A DNA stretch of 64,000 nt. Origin: Owenia fusiformis. Its lineage: Eukaryota. The notes beneath the pieces were generated by a model. The model ran no database searches. It was not told the origin of the DNA and saw only the letters and a program-made list of their open reading frames with translations. The stretch is taken from NCBI GenBank assembly GCA_903813345.2, contig CAIIXF020000001.1:22940001-23004000 (forward strand), in the 5' to 3' direction. The translations under genes and the position numbers were made by a program. Shown here in pieces: positions 26,901 through 39,026 of this stretch (the stretch's first letter is position 1; each line of letters opens with the position of its first letter).

Positions 26901-29900
26901 TGAAAACTGAACCCCTCTTGAAGGGTTGTGATAGAATGGAAGGAGTAATTGTTGATTTCTTTACTGAAAATGTTGATAATCAAGTGAAATCAAAAAGAAA
27001 TCAAAAATTGTCCACAACTGACAATAAACAAAACAATTATCTGAAACTAAATAGATGATGTGAAAATGTATAAATATTCAACCAATAAATAACATTGAAT
27101 CGTCATAATATTATATATGATAGAGCTTTAGGCATTTGAAGTTGTAATAGACTGCTAGACTCAATAACACATAGTATAAGTTATTGAATGATTTGAAGTG
27201 CAATACAGAATATATTCTGTTCGCGAAATTTATCAAGACAGAATATATCCTGTATTGCACTTCAAATCATTCAATAACGTTTTTATTGTGTGCTCCTCTG
27301 TATTGCGACTGAGATTGTCCCCTTTGTACCAATATTTTCTGTATTGCAACGGAGATGATCAACAGGGACAATCTCAGTAGCAATACAGATTGGTACAGCA
27401 CAAGAACTGACCAATCAGAGAGCTTCATTTTACAGATCATACGATGAATTAAATTGCAATTATTGAAGTGTTCAGGAAAGCATAACTTATTGCTAAATTA
27501 TTTGTGAGGATTTGGTGCGAAAAAAAATCCAGAAATGACAGCATTTTTGCACATTATTTGAATACATCTCTACACAAGCTTACCTTTTTAAAAGAAGCTG
27601 TCTAAATGTTGCTAATTTTATATGCACAACTGGGAGAAGGTGTTGACTAAAATATGCACAGATCTTGGCGCCTGTATATGTGCTCTGTAGATCTGTTATG
27701 GACTGGAAATGTAATAAATAGAGGTTATTCACTGAGAGGGATTGAATATGGGGTTTATATTGAGGAATAAATACAATCCTAAGGGCCAAGAAGTATTTTA
27801 CCATATCATATATGGGATAAACACTAGAAAATGGCAACATCATCTCGTAGATATTCCCAACTAATTATACGAGTATAGCATTTCTAGAACAGGCTTTAAT
27901 CTGCTGGTCATGCTTTTATTCTGTTGGTATTGTTCTCAACAAGGTATGAGATATTCATGTGAAATATTTAAATATTGATTCTATATAGTGATCTTCCAAA
28001 CTCAATACATTTGATTAAACAGTACATTAAAGCTATGCTTGGAAGAGATGTCAAAATTAATGGAAATTCCATTTTTGATCTTGAGAGGGATAAATAAAAA
28101 ATAAAACAATATCTGCAAATGACTTTTAAATACTAGAATACAGTGTGTCTCAAAAAAAATGTTACACTTACAAAAAGTTCAATATCTTTCATGATTTTGA
28201 CTTTTCCCCTAAAATATACTTAGATACCATAAGACCAGTCTTTCTCGAATAAATTCACACCATCAGATTCAAAATCCGTCCAAGATTGGCTGCACAGGAC
28301 AGATTTTATAGACGCATGTGAAATCTGATTTGCGCCAACTTCTCAGTGGCTGGACATGTGGTGATCAATTCTTTTTTGGTGTGAATGCTGTGGACAGTGA
28401 TATCTTGATATGATCAATGATCCAGTTGTTTCTTTCCTGGATAGAAATACAAGATTTCATTGTCAGAGTGTTCAATTTTGTTATGATCGCAACAGGATGG
28501 TGCAAAGGCCTGTGGCAGATCGTTTGGTAGAACTCTTTGGAAATTAGAAGATAGCATTGAATTACCCAATGGATTGGCCCCCAGGGTCATCCCACTTTAC
28601 ACCCTTGAGTTTTTTAAGGGCCTCTGAATGCAGTTTACATCATTACAAACTGACCTAAATGAACTTCTGCAAAAACAATTGATAGAATCAGAGTGATATT
28701 ACAATTCATGCACGCATGGGCAAGGGTACCTCAAGTTTAATTAGGAGAACATGTTGAGGGGACCACATGTTTATGTCTTATACCCAATGATCATATGTAA
28801 GACAAATAGGAAAATTACATAATGACTCAGTTTAAGGTCAAGCTTCTACTCAGAAGAAAGTTAAATATTAAAGAAACTGTTCCTCTTTTGTCATTTGGTC
28901 AATCTAATCACTTAGAAGTTGGCGCAAGTCAGATTTTACCATGGGACACTAAAAGCTGTCATGTGGAGCCAATCAATGACAGATTTTGAATTTGATGGTG
29001 TCAAATTATTCAAGAAAGATTTTTCTTTTGGTATCCAAAGTATATTTTAGGGAAAAGTCAAAATTATGAAAGATATTGAACTTTTTGTGAGTGTAACATT
29101 TTTTTTGAGACACTCTGTAGTACATTTCCTTTGAATATAATAATGCTATACTTCAGAGACACCTCAAAATTAACAGAAATACACTTTTCTTGATGTCTGA
29201 CATACTTTCCCCCTTGGCCCTATCAAACTTTTTCATGTGGATCATTTGAGTAATTTCAAGATGCAAGTATCCCCATACATTGCATAGAATTTTCAAGAAT
29301 TCAAAGAAGGCTCACAGTCAGAGCATCATTATGTTCAGGGACACAGCACACATAGGTGAGGCACTAGGCGAGGCAAAACTGAGAGAAAGATAGATTTCTT
29401 ACACATGTACTCGACTCGTAAACAAGCTACACCCATCTTGGTAAATTCAGGGTATAAAGTAACATGGCAATATACCTAATAAAAGTTGACAGATTGGTAC
29501 TTATAAATGTAGTACATTTAATTAAGTTTCACATACCTTGTTAAAAATGATATCAACTATTTTTTCTAAAGTTTCTTCGCTATCGATTATTTGACAAATG
29601 TCTCTATTAAGGGATTGTACTGTTATATCAAAGCTGCCTGGGTGTCGAGTAAGGTCGTTCAATGTTGTTGTTACTCTCTCAATGGGGTCTATTGGTGGGG
29701 CTGTGGACCATGTATTGTATGTTTCCACAGGCTCTACAATATGAGGATCCCATCCGCTTGGCTGAAATAATCAGATATACTGTACAGTGCAAAAATAGAA
29801 GATGATACTTGTATTTTTTAAATTCCTCCATTAACTATGATCAAACTATACCTAATAAATCCAAAAGGAATTTGATGGAAAATACATCACAATTCTAGAA

Positions 29901-31219
29901 AAGATACCATATTCATAGAAAAGTTCTCATTTTCCAAAAATGTAAAATGCCAAACAAAAAGTTCGATTAGCAGTCCCAAAATGTATTGCCTCAGTGACTT
30001 TTCAAAACTCTAGAACCATTTACATCTAGCTCCAGCTTTATACTTCCACTTGTTGGGTCCCAATCTAGTCAATGTGTCATACATGTACCTAACTGAAAAC
30101 CTGGATCCGCCTCTGTGTTATACCTGATATTGGGGCTGTATCCAACTTCTAGGTACAAACTCTGCAGCTTCTGCATTCAGGGTGGTTTTGGGGAAATTAT
30201 TCTGTGTTGTGATCGTTGTAACTGAGGGGCTAGCAGTGTCTGTTGGTCGTGTTACGTTTACACCTGACACATCAGCACCTGAAAAGAACAATCGTAATTA
30301 CGAAGGCTGCTCTTTTACCAAACTCTTATCTATGACCTAGAGTTATGAGTAATAGTTCTAAAAAATGTACAATCTAATTCCCCAGTATGCTTTGAAGTAC
30401 AAAAGAGTGTGATATGCATAGACCAGGCCCGTAGCCAGGATTTGCCAAGGGGGGGTTCACATTAGACAATTTTGGCCCAAATATGGCTAAAATCACTTGA
30501 GAAATGCTCAAAATGGTGAAAAACTGCATGATTTTGACAGTTCGTTTGTATGGACCCACAGTCGGTTACAGTTGATATGGGGCAAGCCCAAATCATGATC
30601 TCTAGGCTACTTTTTTTCAGAAGAAATGTATACTAATGATTTGAGCTTGCCACACTGCATACCAGGCCCATAGCCTGAGGATTTACCGGGCGGAGATGTT
30701 TTACCAAGGGTGGAGCTATTGCCAAAGGGGTTATATGCGAAAAGTGCTCAGAATGGTGAAAAACTGGATGATTTAGAAAGAATTTCTGGACAGGGAGGGG
30801 GGAGCGGCGGAGGGGGAGTGGCGGAGGGGGAGCGGCTGCCGCTCCCTCTTCTGCTTCTCCCCCACCTGGCTACAGGCCTCATACTGACGTATGGACGTGC
30901 AAACTAACAACTCTGACAAAGGCTAATAGACCCAGGAACATCTTTACAAATTAAAAGTCAAGGTTAGTCTGATCAGTGGCTCGGAGTCCCAATCAGAATC
31001 CACACTCCACAGTAGATTTTTTCTCGTGGGACACAAACTGCCTTTTTTATACATGTTGCTTGGCCATTCAAAACATTGTCAATTACACTTTTGAAAGATT
31101 GTACCTGGCTCCTGGATCAATCTTAAAAATGTTTCTTCAGTTGGCTTGCGAAGTCGTTTTGTTTTCGCGGGTTTCCCTCGCCCTCTACCTTTCCCAACTT
31201 CCGGTGAATCTCCCGACAT
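23969..31219 (-). CDS. PAIP1: Polyadenylate-binding protein-interacting protein 1 (PAM2 + MIF4G + acidic C-terminus), 462 aa
   Basis: Ten GT-AG exons, phases consistent: 31219-31105, 30278-30124, 29761-29537, 27702-27584, 26688-26580, 26275-26165, 25804-25686, 25437-25311, 24588-24374, 24062-23969. N-terminal GKGRGRG; PAM2 motif TLNAEAAEFVP; MIF4G-type YTGAKIC…FRQLLLKRCQ…IFMGELF…LIELRASNWG; C-terminal EPIFYNATG and DTEIQDAFEAF. Confidence 0.93.
24925..25300. repeat. Degenerate GAAATATGAGT-type minisatellite in PAIP1 intron 8
   Basis: Repeated GAAATATG(A/T)G(T) units abutting the donor of exon 25437-25311. Confidence 0.7.
28141..29117 (+). mobile_element. Degenerate Tc1/mariner element in PAIP1 intron 3 (TA TSD)
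   Basis: TA|CAGTGTGTCTCAAAAAAAATGTTACAC… and …GTGTAACATTTTTTTTGAGACACTCTG|TA, with ~200-bp TIRs. Remnant QQDGA and WPPGSSHFTPLSFL (WPPRSPDLTPLDF-like) motifs. Confidence 0.85.
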
Positions 31220-31561
31220 TGTGTAGGATGTTAGTGTGTTAGATTGTAGCGATTGATAGCACTAACTATCAATTATTCATTAAGTGTTTACATTAATTTA
31301 CAACAATTGGTGTAAACACTTCTAAATATGCTTCAAAATATAACAAATTCTGGTTATTTTTGTTTTGTAGAAATCGAAATCGAGGCTAAATAATTTAGCC
31401 CTGATATTTAGTCCTATTTCATTAAATATTTAGGTGCAAAATAATTACTTTTGGTTTAATTTTGTGTTGAAAAATTAATGTGATGTAATTGAGTGAGTTC
31501 TATTGATCAGATCAATAGCATTTCAACCGATTCTTCCATTCAAGTTTTATTCACTTCCAAG
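31220..31561. promoter_or_regulatory. Putative bidirectional promoter and 5' UTRs shared by PAIP1 and BRIX1
   Basis: Divergent ATGs at 31219 (-) and 31562 (+), only 342 bp apart. Confidence 0.7.
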
Positions 31562-34500
31562 ATGGCAAAACGGAAACATGCTGATGTTCAAAATAGCACT
31601 TCTAAAAAGAAAACCAAGGAAGATATTATACTCCCTGCCTCAAGATCGTCCGACGAACCTGTAGAAAAGAAGGTACTCTAGCAATGTACTTGCAGTGATA
31701 CTTTGGTTTTACAAAAGTTTGCATTCTTTTTTAATTTTAAAATTTTTCAACTTTGAAAGTGGGCGATAATGGAGTCATTATCAAAATTTTCTGTATGTAA
31801 AATCTTCTGAAAATCTTTATGTATCATAATATATTCATCATCATCATCATCATCATCAGGTTTAGGAGAATTTGGAGGCTTCAGCCTGTAATGTTCTCCC
31901 ATCTGTACTAATTTATTTAACTGAATAGGGATAGGGAAAGTGCTATTGCTCACTAGAGTCCATTTCACTGCTTCAGTTCGTCAGTAGAACGGCAAAAGTA
32001 AGAAATTGGGAGACCATTGTGCAATAATATATGGAAAATTATATTCATAATGTACATGAATGACATTTGTATATCTTGGATTGCTTCTAGTTTGGCTTAT
32101 AAAGTGTGTGGCCTCTTATATTTGGATGTTTCTCTGCCATGTTATTTTCAATAAGATTAACATGGCTGAAATTCTTCAAATTACAAGACGGCACAGGCTT
32201 ATTGCACAAAAAACTAAGAAATCTGAAATATACAAATGTCATACATGTACATTATGAATATACTTTTCCATATATTATTGCACAATAGTCTCCCAATTTC
32301 TTATTTTTGCCGTTCTACTGACGAACTGAAGCAGTGAAATGGACTCTAGTGACTATTGTATATATCTGAGTGCCACGTCCTGTCTTAGAGGGTCTTGAAG
32401 CGGGAAACTGAGGGGGCATCAATAACATCCTGGGGTAGAGAGTTCCAGTTGTCTACAATCCTGGTACTGAAGGCATTCTTTCTTAGTTCCAGTCTAGTCT
32501 GTGGATTTCTTATTTTGTGGGTATGTCCTCTTGTTGGTAATGTTGACTTTTTGAAGAACTGGTCTATTTTCAAATTGTAGATTCCATTCATTATCTTGTA
32601 CACTTCTATCATATCTCCCCGGCGTTTCCTCCTATAACTCAGGGAATATAACTTGAGCCTCTGGAGCCTCTCATGATAGGGGAGATGTTTCAAAGTTGGA
32701 ACCAATTTAGTTGCTCTCCTTTGGACGTCTTCCACTTTGTTAATGTCCATTTGGTATCTTGGGTGCCATACTGAATTTCCATATTCAAGATATATATTGA
32801 ACAACATCTCAGAACACCAGTGTGTTACACATCCATGTTCATGCAAGCATATTCCATTCAAAAAGCTAAGTAACTTACCATGAATTACTCACGTCGAGAG
32901 CTACCATGTTAGATTTTGAAAGTATAGCTCTCCATCGTGAGGATCTCCAGCCTGAAGAATTGTGACATCTAAATTTGATCAGCGCCAGTCAGCGGCTTAC
33001 TGTTTGTCTCAAACTGTAGCCTACATATGGGCTCATATTATGTGTCTACTTTCCCCGTGCATATAGGATCGCGGATGTGCTTCTATGGCGATCAGGAGTT
33101 CTAATCGTTTTTTGTTCGATACACATTTCCAATATGGCGGTTAAACGGAAATATTATCGACGCATGCGCAACTTGGGAAACGTCAAGCCGCCATATTGAA
33201 TATACCTGGCCAAAACTTTTGACACGACCAATAAAATAAAGTCCTGATCGATACATAGGGCAGTGAGACGTTCTATAGTTGAGCTGAATGAAACATCTAA
33301 GTAGCTCTCGACGGGAGTAAACCATGAACTGTTCCATCAAAAAGATAATATGCAAGAAGCAATGGCTGTTCAGGAAATCCAAAAGCACCAACAAGAAAGA
33401 AGACTGAGCCCTCTACAAACAACTGGGAAATGATATTTCCAAAGCCCATGCCAGCTCACACCACACCTACAGAGCTTGTCTGGAAAGTAGAAGTTGCGCC
33501 CCTTCTCCAGATAACTTTTAGCAGATGGAGTTGTTCCCAAAGACTGGACTCTGGCTAATGTCACAGCCATCTTCAAGAAAGGTGATCCAACAAGTACCGC
33601 CAACTACAGACTGGTAACAGTTACTGGTCCATGTATCTCTAACATCTATACCCTTCCACCAAATTACATGTAATTAAGGTTCAGCTGGAAAGTAACATTT
33701 TGGTAAAAAATTGCTATACCTGCACATGTTATTTTCTGGTACAAAATTAAGTATGAAGGCATGTGTGTATTTCCTTGCTTTTTCAGGAAAGTATCATTAC
33801 ATTGTCTACTTTTAGTAAACCTGGAAAACCAGGTCAATGGTAGCTCCTGTGTTGTTTGGAAACTTTGAAAGAAAATTTAGAAAAATAGAAAGTGTGAAAT
33901 ATCAGAATTTCCTTGAGTTCCCATTGAAGTATTACCAGACCAAGACCTGAATCACAGAATGGCTGACTAACAGAATGCAGAAAGTAGTTGTAAATGGAGA
34001 AACATTAAAACCAGCCAAGGTAGCATCTAGCTGCAGGCACTGTGCTTGGTCCTTAGATGTTTCTGCTCTATATCAATGACACTGGGGATGGCATCACTGT
34101 TTACTCTACCAGACCATCGGGTCACCAAACTAAGATAGTGGGCTGAGCGGTGGCAGATGGACTTCAATGGCAAAGACCTGGCGCATACATCATGAAAGGC
34201 CAAGTACTCCAGGATGTACCCCATAACCCCTCCCTTGGTTTGAAACTTGAGACTGACATAAACTGTAGAACTAGAGGCAATACTGCCAATTTAGATTTTT
34301 CTGATTTGGTTTTTATGCATGTTCAAAAATGAATCTGCTTTATTCCTTCTTCTTCTTCTTTTTCCTCTTACACAATGTTCTTGTGATGAGCACTATTGTG
34401 CTGCCATCGGTTACTTGCTACAGTTTTGACAATTTTGACAACACATGTACCTTTCTAGGAAAGAGAGAGAGATGTATGTATATTAAATGTACATATATTT

Positions 34501-37500
34501 ACAGTTTCATTAAATAGTCACTATCCTTTATTTATGATTCCTTTGTCTTGAACCATTTGGTTTCATCAATAAATCTCTGGAAACTTTCAAGGATTTTTAG
34601 GTCCGTGTTCAATTGGACTGTTCATGGCTACGAGAAAGTATAACATTATCGACTGTCTATCCTTTGCTCCTAATGAAAGATAGACAGTTCATCCCTTGGT
34701 AGAGTGAATGGTACACATTCAAGCAGTGTATACAAGTGTATTTCAAATAAAGTGAACCAAATAAGTGAACTTGGCACAGATTGCCATTTATGGAGTTAAA
34801 AAAACAACAAAAAAAAAATATTAGTTGTTTCAGAAAGTTACGCGTTTTCTTTCAGTCAAGATGGATCAACAAAGAGCGGGTGTTAATCTTCAGCTCAAGG
34901 GGAGTGTCATACCAGGCAAGACACCTCATGAATGATCTGAAGAACCTCATGCCACATTCTAAAGGAGGTGAGTAACCAAAATGCCCAATTCCAAGGGAGG
35001 GGATTGATCATATTGCCCCATTCCAAAGGATGTCTATCACTTAACCAAATGAGGTGAGTAACCATTATCCCAAATTCCAAAGGAGGCAAGTAAACATTAT
35101 GTGTCATTTCAAAGGATGTTGGTAAAGATAATGCCCTTATAGTAGGCAAGTAACCCTAATGCCCCATTCCAAATGAGGTGAGTAACCATAAAGTCACATC
35201 AAAGCATGCAAATGATCCTATCATAATGCTCCATTCCAAAGTAGGCAAGTAACCCTAATGCCCCATTCCAAAGGAGGCTAGTAATCATGATGTCACTAAT
35301 ACCAAAGCAGGTCAAAATACTAGTACCTCATTCCATGAAGGCAAGTAACTCAAATGCACCATTTCATACTCCATATCAGATGAGTAACCATAATGCCCCA
35401 TTTCAAAGGAGGTATACAACCATTATGCCACATTCCAAAGGGGGTGAGTAGCCATACTGCCAAATTAAAGAGCATTATTCCACATTCTTAATGAGAAGTT
35501 TATTTTCTTTAAATGATTTATAAAATGCTCTCGAAAAATAGAATGAAACTTATGTGAGAAATCTTTTTCAGATACCAAGATGGATAGAAAAGACAAGTTG
35601 TTTGTAATAAATGAGGCAAGTTATTATTTTTTTAATTTCGTGATATCACATTTACATAAAAGTTACATCTCATATTTTGTTATTAAAACTGTTTATCAGC
35701 TAAACCAAAAATATTCAAATATCTTGTATTGAAATGAACAGATATTATATTTTTGTCATATATCACACATTTTAAATGTTATGATTATCAAACTCAAAAA
35801 GACAATTCAAGTTCCATTTTTTCCATATTGTGTATAATTGGATCTTCAATCTTCCCAAAAGTAGCGTTTCAGAAACTTGTATTGTTTCAAAATGGTGACA
35901 TTTTCACCTTGTGAGTACCCATGTTACTATTTATAAATGTTGTTTTCTTTTGTTTTAGATGTGTGAGATGAAAAACTGTAATAAATGCTTATTTTTTGAA
36001 ATGAAGAAAAAACAAGATTTATATATGTGGTAAGTTGAACATTTTTTTTGTTCAGTTGTTACAATTTTTTAAGAAGGTATGAAAATATGATTGCATGAGA
36101 TATGAATTATAATCTTGAATACCCTCTTCTAAATTTCATGATAGTTTTTTAATTTCATGATGTTTTTCTATCTTGTAGCTTTGTATAATAATAATTTTAT
36201 GTTATTTGAAAATCATCTGAAAATGTTATCCTTATATACCTACTATACCTTTCACATTGAAATACTAAAAAATTTTAGGATAACTGGTGTTCCAAGTTGT
36301 TCTTTCAGTATTACAAAAACAATTTACATTTTACGATATCTGGTGTTCCGAGTTGTTCTTTCAGTATTAAAAAACTATTTTACATTTTAGGATATCTGGT
36401 GTTCCTAGGGGTCCATCTGGCAAGTTTTTGGTGGAGAATGTTCACACAATGGAAGAGCTGAAAATGACGGGAAACTGTTTAAAAAGTTCAAGACCTTTGC
36501 TGTCTTTTGATGAGGTAAATAGTCCATCACTTCAGAAAATATAGTCAAAATTAATACCGAAAAACATTTGCATGAGAACACATTTTGAACAATATTGAAT
36601 AATGGTAAGGCGGGTTTGGAAATGCCCCATAGAAAGCTAATAATAAGGCTCATAATAAGGTAATGATGTGTGTCAAAATGGTAATGAAATTGACTTTGAA
36701 AATGTTGTCTCTGATATTGTGACTTAAGTTGTTTTTTAATTGTTATTTATACATAATTTTACAGAAGTTTGAAACGGAACCACAGTATGCCTTAATGAAG
36801 GAACTATTAATACAAGTAAGTTCTTCATCACATTAATGCAATTTGCTTTCTTTCATGAGATATTTGTGTTTGTTAAATGATAGCAGGATGATCTCACATC
36901 CATAACAATTTAATTTTTAGATGTTTTAAAACTTTCATTTGGTGTTGGTACATGTTCATGATATATGAACTGGTTTTCTTTTATCCAGATGGAAAGTTGA
37001 TGGTGAATGAAATATAGCTTCTGCGGTTCTTTATGGGTTATACATGTCGTGAGAAAAAAGCTATCACTTTTGGACACATAGTGTTAATACCTTGCTATAC
37101 AGTCCATCTGTACATTCGTCAATCTGTTTCTGTCTGGGTGACAGCAAAATATCAATTTCTTAAAATTTTGGTCTTTTGTAACTTAAAATACATTTTGTTT
37201 TGAGGTGTCGGAATTTTTGTTCATAATCTCCTACTTTATTTCTCCATTAGTTCTGAATCTTATATAATAATGTAATTGTACATGTGTTCCAGACATTCAG
37301 CACACCTAATCATCACCCCAAGAGTCAGCCATTCACAGATCATGTTTTCACATTCTCAATAATGGACAATAGAATTTGGTTCAGAAACTATCAGATTTTA
37401 GAGGAAGATGGATCATTAGCAGAAATAGGTAAGAAACAACCTTTCCAATACATCCAAACCATTTTAAAGCAAAGAAACTACAGGGTATAATGGCTACATT

Positions 37501-39026
37501 CACGTTGTCACCATTCACGATGTCACCCTTTGCAGGCTGCAACATTTGTAAAGAAAATTGAAAATTTCTGCTATGAAATTGTAAGGATTGACATCTTAAC
37601 CAATAAATAAGATGATTTACTGGAACCATGGATTGGTCTATTGTTTGATATTTTCTGAGCTTGATTCCTAATGTTCGTATTGCTATATGTGATGTATGGA
37701 GTGTCTAAGGACTGGTGGCCCATAACTGGTTTATGCTTTTAAGTCTCTATATCACATTAAAGAAAGAGCATGGAGGCTCTTCAAGATGTTGTCTCTGGTG
37801 CTGTCTTTTAGTATTTTAACCTATAAAGTCAAAAATAGCGATGAGCTTTTACTCATTGAAAATGAGGGTAATCCAATTTGATATCTGTCGACTGTCGTGT
37901 ACATATCTGATTCGATACAGATGTTATGAGATTATCATTCAATAATGTATGGTGTTTATATTTTTTAATGATTTCAGGTCCAAGATTTGTTCTGAATCCA
38001 ATCAGGATCTTTGAGGGCAGCTTTGGTGGGCCCACCTTGTATCAGAATCCTCACTATGTCTCCCCTAATGAAGTAAGTTAAACAAATATTATACATTTGT
38101 ACGAGTATCTTTTGTAGCCTATAGCACCATGTCACAAGTGGTGACATAAAGTACTGTTATTGGCTCCGACTTTTTGTGGCCAGGTGTCACCATTTGGCAT
38201 CTGTAACAAATAGCACGTTGCGACATTTTGCATGTTTATGCCTTGTGTGGTTTTTATGCTTACACAATCTGAATGGTCTCAAATGGAACTTTTGTGAGAG
38301 TTTGGAATATCACTTGTGTAAGATGCACTGATACAAGTACTTACCCCATTAGAATCAAATGTCTTGTATGAATTTGTAATGCATTGAATTGCATTGATAT
38401 CAATACATTTTTGCTGCTTGTTAACAATAGCATTATCATGGGGATAAATCTGTATACCATATGGGCCATTGGATAAATCTGTACACCATATGGGCCATTG
38501 GATAAATCTGTATACCATATGGGCAATTGGATAAATATGTACACCATATGGGCCATTGGATAAATCTGTATACCATATGGGCCATTGGATAAATCTGTAC
38601 ACCATATGGGCTATTGGATAAATCTGTACACCATATGGGCCATTGGATAAATCTGTACACCATATGGGCCATTGGATAAATCTGTACACCATATAGACCA
38701 TTGGATAAATCTGTATACCATATTGGCCATTGGATAAATCTGTATACCATATGGGCCATCGGATAAATCTGTATACCATATAGGCCATTGGATAAATCTG
38801 TATACCATCTGGGCCATTGGATAAATATGTATACCATATGGGCCATTAGATAGATCTGTATACCATATTTGTTGTTCATTTTCAGTATCGACGAAGCTTA
38901 AAATCAAAGTCAGCTTACAAATACTTAGATCACAGACAAGCCAAGGATTCCCGAAAACAGCGCACTAGTAAGACTACCTACAATGCTGATAAAACTGAGG
39001 ATGTTTTCAAAACTTCAACAGATTAG
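31562..39026 (+). CDS. BRIX1: Ribosome biogenesis protein BRX1 homolog (Brix domain), 294 aa
   Basis: Nine exons, phases consistent: 31562-31672, 34856-34967, 35572-35615 (GC donor), 35959-36029, 36391-36514, 36765-36815, 37293-37428, 37978-38072, 38886-39026. Motifs WINKERVLIFSSRG…RHLMNDL…MPHSK, DTKMDRKDKLFVINE, CEMKNCNKC, VHTMEELKMTGNCLK.SRPLLSFD, KSQPFTDHVF…IWFRNYQI…LAEIGPRFVLNPIRIFEGSFGGPTLY. Confidence 0.96.
31951..32351. mobile_element. Palindromic MITE with ~110-bp TIRs in BRIX1 intron 1
   Basis: CACTAGAGTCCATTTCACTGCTTCAGTTCGTCAGTAGAACGGC… mirrored by …GCCGTTCTACTGACGAACTGAAGCAGTGAAATGGACTCTAGTG; flanks share CTATTG (degenerate TSD). Confidence 0.85.
32385..32790 (-). mobile_element. 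CR1-type LINE, ORF2 C-terminal fragment
   Basis: EYGNSVWHP…VEDVQRRATKLVP…YHERLQRLKLYSLSYRR…GDMIEVYKI…TRGH…FSTRIVDNWNSLP. Confidence 0.88.
32879..33326. mobile_element. CATG-terminal MITE inserted between the LINE fragments
   Basis: TIRs CATGAATTACTCACGTCGAGAGCTAC / GTAGCTCTCGACGGGAGTAAACCATG. Confidence 0.75.
33340..34230 (+). mobile_element. Degenerate CR1-type LINE RT fragments, opposite strand to the 32385-32790 fragment
   Basis: VVPKDWTLANVTAIFKKGDPTSTANYR (~33530-33612), EWLTNRMQKVVVNG and GTVLGP*MFLLYIND (~33957-34080), WAERWQMDFN (~34140-34170). Confidence 0.75.
34949..35460 (+). repeat. ~32-bp tandem repeat derived from the BRIX1 exon 2 / intron 2 junction
   Basis: Unit ATGCC(A/C)CATTCCAAAGGAGG(TG/CA)AGTAACCAT. 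The first unit is the exon end plus the donor. Confidence 0.85.
36270..36405 (+). repeat. 56-bp tandem triplication containing the BRIX1 exon 5 acceptor
   Basis: ATTTTA(G/C)GATA(A/T)CTGGTGTTCC recurs at 36279, 36335 and 36391. Confidence 0.8.
38442..38867. repeat. 29-bp minisatellite (~15 copies) in the last BRIX1 intron
   Basis: (GGATAAATCTGTA(T/C)ACCATATGGGCCATT)n; explains the repetitive spurious ORFs at 38279-38907. Confidence 0.95.

Noticed and set aside
36157-37660. Possible intronic C/D snoRNAs in BRIX1 (ATGATG…CTGA pairs near 36157-36221, 36663-36714 and 37612-37658)
   Set aside because: Imperfect C boxes, short or very AT-rich bodies, and no rRNA-complementary guide that I could recognise; snoscan or Infernal would settle it.
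38279-38907. Long repetitive ORFs / CRISPR-like periodicity
   Set aside because: Pure 29-bp head-to-tail minisatellite with no unique spacers, inside a BRIX1 intron of a eukaryote.
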